A stretch of DNA of 64,000 nucleotides from Macrostomum lignano (taxonomy: Eukaryota). Location: NCBI GenBank assembly GCA_002269645.1, contig NIVC01000245.1, positions 248,001 to 312,000 of the forward strand. The letters run 5' to 3'. Shown here piece after piece: positions 1-11,924 of this stretch. The translations under genes and the position numbers were made by a program. The first letter of the stretch is position 1, and each line of letters starts with the position of its first letter. The notes beneath the pieces are model-generated. The model made no database searches and was not told where the DNA came from. It was given only the letters and a program-made list of their open reading frames with translations.

Positions 1-258
1 AAACAATAAAAAATTATGACTTCATCACATGTAATATGTATACCTGTACGTCGCGCAAATTCGTCATATATCGGTTGAACGTCGATGTGATGCAAAAGTA
101 AATAACTGTAAAAAATAAATTTAGAGGCCAACTTTTAAAGATGAAAGTCTCTAGTAAAACATTTGCTTGACGGCTTTTGTATTTTAAATGTTTATTACTG
201 TAAAACGCCTTGACCTTCCATTGATACCAAATGAGAATCTTTCACGGGGATGGGATAG

Positions 259-264
259 TTTATT
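259..264 (-). terminator. Candidate polyadenylation signal (AATAAA) of PDX1
   Basis: TTTATT on the + strand, about 235 nt past the PDX1 stop. Position only. Confidence 0.35.
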
Positions 265-498
265 GTAGATAATGTTTCTGTATAATCAGTTACTGCAAGT
301 TTATCTGATATTGCCCGAATCGGTCTACAAAAAGGTCTTATCTGCATGGGCATTAATTTCATAACTATAAAAGCGACTTCAACTATACGAAAGAAAAAAT
401 GAGTAATGAATGGGTAAACCGTAGGAAACTTCCGCTACGAAAGTAACAAAGGAAAAACAAGATGGAGTTCCAACAATTCGCCACTCCGTGAGCATGGC

Positions 499-1960
499 CT
501 AGTTGCGCTGGCTCTCGCGGCCGGCCCACAGCTGACCTTTGATCAGCTCGTCGCAGTCGATGCCGATCATGGCTTCGCCAAGGTCTTCGCTAACTCGCGC
601 CAGAAACTCCGGATCTCTGTAGTGCGTCACCGCCTGCACCATAGCCTCGGCGCGCTTCTGCGGGTTGGCGCTCTTGAAGATGCCGGAGCCGACGAACACA
701 CCGTCCACGCCGAGTTGCATCAGCATCGACACGTCGGCCGGGGTGGCCAGACCGCCGGCGGCGAAATTCACTACGGGCAGGCGGCCCTGACGCTTCACTT
801 CTTTGAGTAGGCCGTGATGCACCTTGAGAGGTTGAAACAGTAATTTAATGTAGGTTTATGAGATTTATGAAATACATATTGCGCTCCTAGAAATCATATA
901 GATATTGTTCAAAAGCTTCTTTAGATATTCTTCAGAGATTGCTTAGGGATTAATCAGAGACTTATCCCAAAGAGTTCCCAAGGGATTGCGCAGAGATTAC
1001 TCCAGCATCAATCTTCGCCCCTTGTTGCATAGAGTTAGTTCGCCTCCAGTCACAAGAACCAAATTCCGCGCACCTGCAGCTGCTTAGCATATGAGTACAG
1101 TTCGTCGTCGTCCATCACTTTAGCCGCGCGCATCTCCCGATTCAACGCCCTAGCGTGACGCACCGCCTCGATGACGTTGCCGGTACCGGCCTCGCCTTTG
1201 GTGCGCATCATGGCTGCGCCCTCCGCGATGCGACGCAGCGCTTCGCCGAGATTCCGACAGCCGCAGACGAATGGGATCTTGAAACTGTGCTTGTCAATGT
1301 GGTTCTCTGGATCGGCTGGTGTTAGAACTGTGGCGATGGATCACATTTTTTTCAACAGTTAAAAGTGGTGACTCGAATAGTGGTGGATTTGGATAATGGT
1401 GATCGAAATATGGCGTGAGACTTTTCGTAAGATATACGCCGATGAAGGTCCATGCACACGCTCCGTGTCGGCCCTTTGAATTTATTTTTGCTTCTTTGCC
1501 TAACGCCTATCTGCTACAGGGATGTACAGGATAAGGTCATATGACGCAACTCACCCTCCGACTCGTCGATCATGTCAACTCCGATAGCTTGCAGAATCTG
1601 CGCCTCAGCAAAGTGGCCAATTCTGGCTTTGGCCATCACCGGAATTGTGACGGCGCTCATGATCTCTTTGATCAGCTTTGGATCCGTCATTCGAGCGACG
1701 CCGCCCTGCTTGCGAATGTCAGCCGGTACTCGCTCCAGAGCCATCACTGCGCACGCCTGCAACGTAACGGTCGACCATAGATTTGCTAAAACCATATGAA
1801 ATCTTTTATAAATACTGCACTACTATCTTACCCCCGCTTCCTCGGCAATTTTTGCCTGCTCCGCATTTACAACATCCATGACGAGTCCGCCTTTGGTCAT
1901 CTTGGCTAGGCCAGTCTTTACCGTGTAGGTGCCAATCACTGAATCACCGTTGCTGGTCAT
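499..1960 (-). CDS. PDX1: Pyridoxal 5'-phosphate synthase subunit PDX1 (SNZ/PdxS), 4 exons, 302 aa
   Basis: Exons 1960-1832, 1756-1555, 1327-1074 and 822-499 total 909 nt, all with GT-AG introns in matching phase. The protein has the family motifs [74 protein letters not shown] and [11 protein letters not shown]. Catalytic Asp and Lys residues equivalent to B. subtilis PdxS D24, K81 and K149 are present. Confidence 0.96.
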
Positions 1961-2633
1961 TGTCCCGGGAATAAGGTAAAGCTGATGATAAAGGTGAAGT
2001 CTAAACTAACGACACGAAACGAATATCGAATGCAGTAGCAGCGACTCTCGCCTAGCGCATGTGCCGCCTCTTTAAAGACTAGCCGTGCATCAGAGCAAAA
2101 GTTTTAGCAGCGTTTCTGGCCTGTCTCGCAGCTCATTGGGTCTGCAAATGTCAAGGGGCTGAGCAAACTTTCGCACTGTACAAACAGGGCTTGCCCTCTC
2201 CCCCACCGAGAGAAAACGTGGGAAACTCTGCAACTAAATGCAGCCTATCTTTACACCTGGCCACTGTGCTGGGTGCGAGTGCTAACGAACTAGCGAGCAA
2301 ATAATAGAAAAAATTGAGGGAGCTGAGGTTGTCTGTAATATGCGTTCCGCAGAGGCAGAGAATTTCACCGGGAGTGAACAGTTATTAGCCTTCTGTACCG
2401 AGCGGTGCACAACACGCAGACAAATCGCCCAGCCCCAGCCAGCTGAGAGGACAGGAAAGTTAGCCAGCCACAGGTCCCAAGAATTCCGACGGAGGACCGC
2501 GTGTTGACTTAACCTGCCAATCTCACAAAGTCTGCTTCTTAAATTTTAATCGTGAGAAAGTGAGAGAAACTTTTCCATCCGACAGAACCCGAAGAGCAAA
2601 CATCTGAGCAGAGTTTTCGGAGAACGCGGAGCC
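1961..2633. promoter_or_regulatory. Putative bidirectional promoter shared by PDX1 and PDX2
   Basis: 673 bp lie between two divergent ATGs, so both promoters and 5' UTRs must fit here. An NRF1-like GCGCATGTGC is at 2055-2064. Confidence 0.6.
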
Positions 2634-5600
2634 ATGCCTCAACTAAAGATCGGATTGCTAGCAATTCAAGGTGCATTCATTGAGCACAGGAATCTGCTGG
2701 AGTCGGCTGTTGAACAGCTTCAGCAAGAGCAACGGCAGAAGAAGCAGAACTCGAAGGATTGCTACTCAGTTGAAGCAATCGAAGTCCGCAGGGGCGACCA
2801 GCTCACTGAGGACCTTGACGCGCTCATCATCCCGGGCGGAGAGAGCACCACAGTGGCAAAGTTTATGCAACAAAATGGACTGCTTGATGCATACAAAGTC
2901 TGGTTCAGCGGCAAGTGTACTTTAAATGCTATGGGCAAGGTTGCAAATAATTTTAGTAGCGCAAAAATATAGGAATTTACCTAGCTTAGCTCTAGAGTTG
3001 GGCGCTGTACTATTATTACTCTCAGTCACGTCTTTAGGTTTTGACGAGTCTCAGGTACAGATTTCAGAAACATTTCTTAGTATAGACATGTCCATAATTT
3101 CCACTGTTTTGAAACAGCAGAAAACATTTCCACTCTATAGATACGTAGAAAAGAACTCAGATCAGTTTTTTTTAAAAGTAGCAAGCTACATGTAAGCTTC
3201 ACTGACACCTGCTACCTGCACTGAACTGCAGAGACCAACCCCAGAGCGGTTGTCTGGGGCATCTGTGCCGGCCTCATTGCTCTGTCAGATCGAGTGGTCG
3301 ATATGAAAACTGGCGGTCAGACTTTGGTAAGAGTAATTTTGGTTCGAATTCTTTGACGAAAAAGGCTTTCTCAATCCTTGCTCAAGGGGTCAGCGAAAGG
3401 TGGACGGTCATTTCATCGAAAACCTTTTCGTCTTTTCGTCATTTTGGAACGTAAATGTGTGCGTGCTTTGAAAGTTGGATTTCAATAAATGTTTTTTAAA
3501 TAAGAAATTTGATGAATGATGCCTTGTTAAAACAGGTCAGTATCGGAAAGTACCGGTAACTATACGAGTACCTGTTGTTTTAAAGTGGTGTTTCTAAGAA
3601 AAATCCCGTATATTCAACTACCAGGGGGAATCCAAGGACTGTACTTACGATGAACACTAGATCTACCTCCTATAAAAAGCAATAACAATTTCGTTCTGAA
3701 GAAATGAAAATCTCCTATCCGTAAATTTTTCGGAAAACCTGTCTCCTAAAATTTTCCAAGAAACGAGGTTACCCGTCCAACTTGAGTAGTCTTTAAGGGA
3801 ACCGTGTTACATTATTTTGATCATCTGATTGTAAAAAATATTCATTACAACGTACTTAATTATGCTTTTTCCTCTTAATTTTTTACACTAGTATTAGTCT
3901 AAAGTATTTACTTCAATTTAACTTTGAAATCACGCTCATGACTACTTTTTACCATTTGACGAAATTTTCCACATTGGTTTTCTCATTATTATTAATTTAA
4001 TCTAAACCCACGTGGAGACACGTTGCAGGAATAAAATTCTCTCGGAAACTTCTGTTCAAGTATATGTAAAATAGCTACACTGTGTAGATTTGAAAGTCAA
4101 TCTAGTTTTATAAAACATCAAAGAGATCTGCCGACCCGATTATAGAACTGTTTAACTGGGGCTGACACTACAACCTTATCAACTAAGTAAGAATGTAATT
4201 AAGAATGCACAGGTGCTTCGCGCTGGTGCTACCTGACGAAACGGCTAACCGAAAACGTGTTTATCCAACTAACTAAAGAATTGCATTAATTATCGCATTA
4301 CAATTTGGATACAAGCGCGTTGGGGCAAGAAAGGTTAAATTAGGCATAGCCAACGTTAAGGTACAATTGCAATCTGATATCAGTTTATTCATAGTTATTT
4401 TTTTCCAATTAAAATGCAACACTAAATGCTGAACTCTCGCTTACAGATCCAAGGACTGGCAGTCACAACCGACCGAAACTTTTATGGAAGGCAAAGAGAA
4501 AGTTTTGAGTGTCAAATCGAACTCAAACCTGTTGAGGACATTTCCGACTGTAATGGTGAGAGTATGGAGCGGTTTCAAACAGCAAATTAGATTACTTCTT
4601 TATCTGGCGCCTCAATTCCTCATCTGGCGCCTCACTTCCTTATCTGGCGCCTCAATTCCTCATCTGGCGCCTCAATTCCTCATCTGGCGCCTCAATTCCT
4701 CATCTGGCGCCTCACTTCCTCATCTGGCGCCTCACTTCCTCATCTGGCGCCTCACTTCCTTATCTGGCGCCTCACTTCTTCATCTGGCGCCTTACTTCTT
4801 TATCTGGCGCCTCAATTCCTCATGTGGCGCCTCAATCCCTCATGTGGCGCCTCACTTTCTCATCTAGCGCCTCACTTCCTCATCTGGCGCCCTAATTCTT
4901 AATTTGGCGCCTCAAGTCCTCATCTGGCGCCTCACTTCCTTATCTGGCGCCTCACTTTCTCATCTAGCGCCTCAATTCCTCATCTGGCGCCTCACTTCCT
5001 TATCTGGCGCCTCAATTCCTCATCTGGCACCTTAATTTCTCATCTGGCGCCTTAATTCCTCATCTGGCGCCTCAATTCCTTATCTGGCGCCTCAATTCTT
5101 CATCTGGCGCCTCAGTTCTTTATCTGGCGCCTCAATTCCACATCTGGCGCTTCAAGTTCACATCTGGCGCCTCACTTCCTTATCTGGCGCCTCAATTCCT
5201 CATCTGGCACCTTAATTTCTCATCTGGCGCCTCAAGTCCTCATCTGGCGCCTCAATTCCTTATCTGGCGCCTCAATTCCTCATCTGGCGCCTCACTTCTT
5301 AATCTGGCGCCTCAATTCCTCATCTGGCACCTTAATTTCTCATCTGGCGCCTCAATTCCTCATCTAGCGCCTCAATTCCTTATCTGGCGCCTCAATTCCT
5401 CATCTGGCGCCTCACTTCTTTATCTGGCGCCTCAATTTCACATCTGGCGCCTCAATTCCTCATGTGGCGCCTCAATCCCTCATGTGGCGGCTCACTTTCT
5501 CATCTAGCGCCTCACTTCCTCATCTGGCGCCCTAATTCTTAATCTGGCGCCTCAATTCCACATCTGGCGCCTCAAGTCCTCATCTGGCGCCTTAATTTCT

Positions 5601-6111
5601 CATCTGGCGCCTCACTTCCTCATCTGGCGCCTTAATTTCTCATCTGGCGCCTCACTTCTTCATATGGGGCCTCACTTCCTTATCTGGCGCCTTGATTTCT
5701 CATCTGGCGCCTCACTTCTTCATATGGGGCCTCACTTCCTCATCTGGCGCCTTGATTTCTCATCTGGCGCCTCACTCCTTAATTCGTAATTTTAATATGG
5801 GACATAAGCTCGTATATAATGCTATCACAATAAACATCACTTAACTGAAGTGAATATGCTTCTAAATTTAAATCAATACCCAATAAACCGATTCTGCAGA
5901 ATATTTTCCTGGAGTGTTCATTCGAGCGCCAAAAATACTCAGCATCGACAAGCCAGAGTCCGTTCGCGTACTCGCCACGGTCAACTCTTATCCCGTTGCG
6001 GTGGCCCAGGATCGAATCCTGGCCTGCAGCTTTCATCCGGAGCTCACGGAGGACCCACGGCTGCACCTGGTGCTGCTGAAGATGGTTCTGAGGAGCAGGG
6101 GCGAGCTTTAG
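2634..6111 (+). CDS. PDX2: Pyridoxal 5'-phosphate synthase glutaminase subunit PDX2 (SNO/PdxT), 4 exons, 230 aa
   Basis: Exons 2634-2910, 3232-3326, 4447-4555 and 5900-6111 total 693 nt. Motifs: GLLAIQGAFIEH, LIIPGGESTT, VWGICAGLI (nucleophile Cys), RNFYGRQRESF, FPGVFIRAP and SFHPEL (His-Glu of the triad). Intron 1 most likely uses a GC donor. Confidence 0.94.
4595..5778 (+). repeat. 20-bp minisatellite (CATCTGGCGCCTCAMTTCCT)n in PDX2 intron 3
   Basis: About 59 tandem units with an invariant GGCGCC core. Confidence 0.95.
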
Positions 6112-6219
6112 CTTGACTCACATTTTTGTCTTGCAATGGGAACTGTTTTCGTTAGTTATATTGCAAGCCTGCATCGGAACGTTGGATTTTGCACTTTTAT
6201 AATAGCTAAAATATTCTCA

Positions 6220-6225
6220 AATAAA
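6220..6225 (+). terminator. Candidate polyadenylation signal (AATAAA) of PDX2
   Basis: AATAAA about 110 nt after the PDX2 stop. Confidence 0.4.
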
Positions 6226-6290
6226 GTTATCAAAATCCGCATTTTTAGACTTGTTTTTTATTTAAAGTTATCGAATTAGATCTTCCGGTA

Positions 6291-6645
<355 letters not shown>

Positions 6646-6888
6646 CTTGTGCTCCAATATCTATTCTCACTTTACAAAATGACAGAGTAATTGCAAACAT
6701 AAATATCTTTACCATATTAGGACGATACACCATCCGAATTTCTTCGCGTTCCAATTCATCCGAATGCCATATCTGGGCCACTCCAACGTCTGTCTAGAGG
6801 TGAAGCAGGTGCATGATGCCCAATGTGCCATGTTGGTCGTGATTAACATCTGTCTCAGCAACTCTTCATGGTAGATTGAATCGTGCAG

Positions 6889-8456
6889 CAGTCTGGTCGT
6901 TCTAGCCGTGTTCTACGAAAGGCGCCTAAGGCTGCCCAGTAACTACTACGTGGTGAGCCTTGCAGTGGCGGACCTGGCCATTGGAATCGCGGTTGTGCCA
7001 ATATCGGCCGTGTACGAAATCGCAACCCGTTGGCTCCTGGGACAGGCCCTCTGCAGGATGTGGATTAGCGCCGATATCACCTGTTGTACAGCGTCAATTA
7101 TCAATCTGTGCGCCATCAGTTTTGATAGGTACCGAGCACTGTCGCAGCCCATGCTCTATCCGCAGTACTCGACTGCTAAGCGGTCCTGCATCACCATCAC
7201 GGGAATCTGGGCTGCCTCTCTGGCCATCAGCACTCCCACACTGTTTGGAGTTGGCATTGAGAAGCGCCAATCTAATCAGTGCCTACTGGCTAAACGATCC
7301 CCGTTTGTAGTGTTCTCAGCCTGCGGCAGTTTCTTCATACCGCTCTGCATCATGCTAGTATTATATCGGCTGATTTTTAAAATAGCCAACAAACAGAGAA
7401 GAAAGATACAGCGCGGTCAGTCGGTTGGTTTCAGCCACTTGAACAACGATATGTACGCCGATAGCGGGTCTGAGATGTCGCTAAATCACAGTCCCTGTTT
7501 GCAATCAGCATCTGGTAGGCCGCTTCTGTTGAAGCAACAACAACAGCAGCAGCAGCAACAACAACAGCATCCAAATCGGCCTCACAATTTGCCCGCGTTA
7601 ATCCTTCAGCGAGACTCCTGCGCCAGTTTCACAGGCATCGGAGTGCCGGCTTTTAAGAGTTCGCCTAAGGGGTCTGTGTCTTCAGGTGAGCTCATGTTGA
7701 CTATCGATTTTTAACAGGACTGGCAGTTATCAAAACCCAAGTTCCAATCCGCTTTAATTTGGGCGTCTTTTAGAGTGTTTTCTTATATAAATTATTTTCG
7801 GATGACAAGACATTTCTGGCTTAGGAAATAGAGATTTCAATGTCGGAGCCAACGATCAAGTCTCTGATTTGAACTCAGAGAGTTCAAAAGCGGTCTCATC
7901 AGCAAGTTCACACTATTTGAGAGTGCTACTAAGAGAAATGGTTGTCTATGCTTCAAACTATGCTGCAACAATGCACTTAACTCAAAGTTAATCCGATTCA
8001 CCCGCCGCAGGAGACAGCATAGCGATTGCGTCGTCGTCGCACGCAGCCGCCCTCGCCCAGCAGCGACGCCAGAGCGGCAGGCGGCCCAAGCTGCTGGCCA
8101 AGAATCCGGTTGCTCAACGCCTCAGACGTCTCGGCTCGCACACGAAAGCCGCTAAAACTCTCGGCATTGTTGTTGGCGCTTTCGTCTTTTGCTGGGGTCC
8201 GTTCTTCTTCACTTACCTGCTGCACGGCGTCTGTTACTCCTGTCGAGTGCCGGACACCTTGGTGAAGTACTTCGTGTGGCTGGGCTACTGCAACAGCTTC
8301 CTGAATCCGATCATCTATCCGTGCTTAAACAAAGACTTTCGACGAGCATTTCGGAAGTTGTTAACGAGGCATTATTGCAAGAGAAAGTCGTTGGATTATT
8401 GGAATAGCAGACGGCAGTCGGTTACTCAGCTTATTAAGGCGTCGAGGCACCTGCGA
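6889..8456 (+). CDS. Aminergic class A GPCR (octopamine-alpha / alpha1-adrenergic-like), end of TM1 to TM7; 5' exon not found
   Basis: Exons 6889-7685 and 8011-8456 (or to the stop at 8486 if not spliced further). Motifs: SLAVADL (TM2), WISADITCCTASIINLCAISFDRY (TM3 Asp plus DRY), FSACGSFFIP (TM5), TKAAKTLGIVVGAFVFCWGPFF (TM6) and WLGYCNSFLNPIIYPC (TM7). Confidence 0.92.
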
Positions 8457-8645
8457 GTAAGCATTCAGGTGAGGATTGCAAACTAACTTCAATAAGTTTG
8501 TTAAAACTACTTCCAATAGTTTGTAGCGCACTATACTGCTTTCTAGTTTGTATGATTGTGATGAACGGACAATGTGGCTCTTACATTACACGTCCAATGT
8601 TTACTAGATGTTTTATGACTTCAACTGCTAATCCCCGAACTTCAG

Positions 8646-10656
8646 GACACCAACTACACCGGTTCATCGGGCACTCCGCCGGAATCGCCCTACAGTTCCA
8701 GCCGTTCGCCTAGCTTCTTTTCCAGTCGCTCCGGCTCGTTTCTGTCCCCAATGGACGCCCTAAAACGGTCGCGAGCCGACAGTCGCCAGTCGTCAGAGGA
8801 CGACGGCGCGTCGGCTTACCAGGAGCTGCTGCCGGGCGGCCACTCTGCTTCCTGGCGACGCCGGCTGAGTAGTCGACGATCGAGCAGTCGGCGATTCTCG
8901 TTTCTGTCGTCGTCAAGTGGGTACACCTGTAATCGCACCGATCAGCGACTGTCGTGCGCGTCCACGGATACCAGGTGGATACTTTGTGGATATACAAGAC
9001 TAATATTCACATTTTATCGTATTTTTGTCCCGTTCATTGTATAGACACAGTTTTTAATCAGACAACTATCGGGCTACGTACACAGTTCACTGAGGTACTG
9101 TACCCTATGACCCATAATTAGACTTTCCAATCAGCTACCCTCTAAACAAAAGTTCAACAGAAAACTTTAAACACAAAGTCCCTTTCAACTCCGATTATCT
9201 TCTCAGATCCACCGATATGACCGATAAAGTTGACGGTGGACAGGGCGGATCGAATCTTACATCGGCAGCAGCGGCGGCTGCAGCTGCAGCAGCTTCAACT
9301 CTCGGCGGCGGTGGCGGTGGCGGAGGCAGCAGCGGCGGAGGCTGCAGCATCGACAGCAAAGATCCGGGCTTGAGCTCCGGTGTGTACTTCCATCATCATC
9401 ACCAGCCCTTGCATCGCAGGCAGAGCAGTTTGAAGATAATACAGAAGCAGCAGAAGCATCAGCAACAGCAGCAGCAGCAGTACCATCCATCTCAGGCTTC
9501 GGCTAGTTCAACCGCCTATCAGCACCATCATCAGCAGCAACATCAGCGTCACCATCAGGAAGATCCAGACGCAATCATCTGCGAAGACGACGATCAAGAA
9601 AGCCAGCAGCTGCAACAGCCAGACCAGCCTGTTAAGAAGAGAAAATCTCGAACCAACAGTCTACCGGCAATATTCGAGAAAATCGAAGTAAAGCTCTGGC
9701 AACGACGTCGGACTAGAAAGTCAAAAAAGATCCGCGACTGGCTCGCCTCAGACCAGTCGTCTACTGGAGTCAAGGACACCACGTCCTCGGTCACTGACAT
9801 CAGCGACTCGGACGCTTTCGACGATTCCGGGCCGCACGTCGGTTCGCGCATGAAAGAATCGGCGCTGTTCCACCACCCCATCAGACAGGCCAACCATCCG
9901 GTCTGCGGCATGACCCGCCGGAACACGGTCAGCGGAAATCGTCCAGAGCCGCACCGACGACCGAGCCTGCTGGTCAACGACACGCTGATTGACTTCAACA
10001 ACAGCCAGGACCATCGGCTCAGCATCTACACCATTGAGGAGAGTCCACGCCGGGAGAGCGGCTCCTCCTGCAGCGGCTTCAGCTTCTCGCGCACCAGCGG
10101 CTTCCGTCTGGACAAAGCCGCAGCTTCATCTAGCGGTGGCGGCGGCGGCGGTGGCGGAAGCAGCACAGGGGGCGGCTTTGACCGTGAGGGCAGCGAAGTG
10201 TCGCAGGGCTCGCAGGGCGACGTCAGCGGCCAGACGAGTCCCAGATGCGGCCGGACGGCAAAGCGCGAATCGCTAACTGTCGAGTCCGTGTGGAGCCGAG
10301 TCAACAAGCAGCGACCAAGCGCCGATTCCAGCAACTCGTCGGCTAACGGTCACGAGAGGACGCCGAGCCCGTCGCAAAGTGTCATCAGTCAGAGCAGCGG
10401 CTTTGGTCTAGAGCATCTGTACAGCGGCTCCAGTCCAGGTGGCGGCACAGGTGGAGGCAGTGGCGGCGGCGGAGCCAGCGGCGTCGGGTTCAACATCAGC
10501 CCGCCAGCGAGCAGCAAGACCAGCGCTGTGGTTGAATACGCGGACGGAGCAACGCAGACGGACGATCTGATTGAATGTCAGGCGAATCAGGACAGCGCCA
10601 CGGAGCCCATTGCCAATCCCGTGTGCTACTTTGTTTACGAAGAGTCGTTCGTGTGA
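8646..10656 (+). CDS. Probable extended low-complexity C-terminal tail of the GPCR (exons 8646-8974 and 9207-10656)
   Basis: CGA|GTAAGC at 8457 joins ttcag|GAC at 8646 in phase 0. CAG|GTGGAT at 8975 joins tctcag|A at 9207 in phase 2. The last exon contains the 479-aa ORF, rich in poly-Q/G/H/S and RRxS motifs, ending EESFV. It could instead be a separate gene. Confidence 0.6.
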
Positions 10657-10699
10657 GACTGGGAGACCTGTTTAAAAAAAGGCAAGTTCATACATCAAG

Positions 10700-11360
10700 A
10701 AAGTCAACCCACCCGTTCTTAAGTCAATCTTCCTTTTCTGAAGTCAATCCAAAAGTCAACCCACCCGTTCTTAAGTCAATCTTCCTTTTCTGAAGTCAAT
10801 CCAAAAGTCAACCCACCCGTTCTTAAGTCAATCTTCCTTTTCTGAAGTCAATCCAAAAGTCAACCCACCCGTTCTTAAGTCAATCTTCCTTTTCTGAAGT
10901 CAATCCACCTGTTCTGAAGTCAATTAACCTGTTCTGAAGTCAATCAACCTGTTCTGAAGTCAATCAACCTGTTCTGAAGTCAATCAACCTGTTCTGAAGT
11001 TAATTAACCTGTTCTAAAGTTAATTAACCTGTTCTGAAGTCAATTAACCTGTTCTAAAGTCAATTAACCTGTTCTGAAGTCAATTAACGTGTTATAAAGT
11101 CAATTAATGTGTTATAAAGTCAACTAACGTGTTATAAAGTCAATTAACCTGTTCTGAAGTCAATTAACCCGTTCTGAAGTCAATTAACCTGTTCTGAAGT
11201 CAATTAACCTGTTCTGAAGTCAATTAACCTGTTCTGAAGTCAATTAACCTGTTCTGAAGTCAATTAACCTGTTCTGAAGTCAATTAACCTGTTATAAAGT
11301 CAATTAACCTGTTCTGAAGTCAATCCATCCCCTTTGTAGTCAATCCACCTGTTCTGTAAA
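10700..11360 (+). repeat. Minisatellite: about four 52-bp units grading into 20-bp units (AAGTCAATTAACCTGTTCTG)n
   Basis: 52-bp period at 10701, 10753, 10805 and 10857, built from 20+20+12 subunits, followed by a pure 20-bp period. Confidence 0.9.
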
Positions 11361-11924
11361 AACACATGCAAGTTCCAGTAAGTTTTTTTCTAACTAAGTG
11401 TACATTAAATAAAGTTCGTAATAGCTACTAAAAATTTTGCTCCTATTCTGTATATAGAACATAACTAAAAATCCATATACTAAAAATTAATCACTAAAAA
11501 TTTACTTACCTTGTTACCCTTAGACTGTTATCATATATATTTATTCAAGAAGTATCGCACCTCATATTCCATTTTCGTATCGTTATTTGAATGAACTTTA
11601 TGATAAAAATGCGAATACACTACTTAGAGTAAAATTGATTTCTAGAACCAAACGTTCTATTACGTTTTATTCCATGGTCTTGCTTACCTTTCGTTGACTG
11701 ACTAGCTGTAGGTCAAATGTTGAATTATTGACAGCATCTATACATGCGAATACTAACGACCCTTCCGTTCGTTCCTCTGCTTCGTCCAGCTATTTTTATC
11801 GTCGATAATTTTTTTAGCAATCAGAATTTAAGTTACAGATGGAGGGGGCTGTTATTAACTTAGAACTTTTTGAGAAAATGTGGGAAGACACCGGCACGCA
11901 AGTATGAGTATGCATTTTGGAACA

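Noticed and set aside
499-6111. PDX1/PDX2 as bacterial contamination
   Set aside because: Both genes have phase-consistent spliceosomal introns, one containing a minisatellite family also found in the mGluR intron.
6764-6888. Upstream in-frame ORF (MPYLGH...VINICLSN) as the GPCR TM1
   Set aside because: In-frame TAG at 6872, weak hydrophobicity, and the only intron that could remove the stop would be 18 nt.
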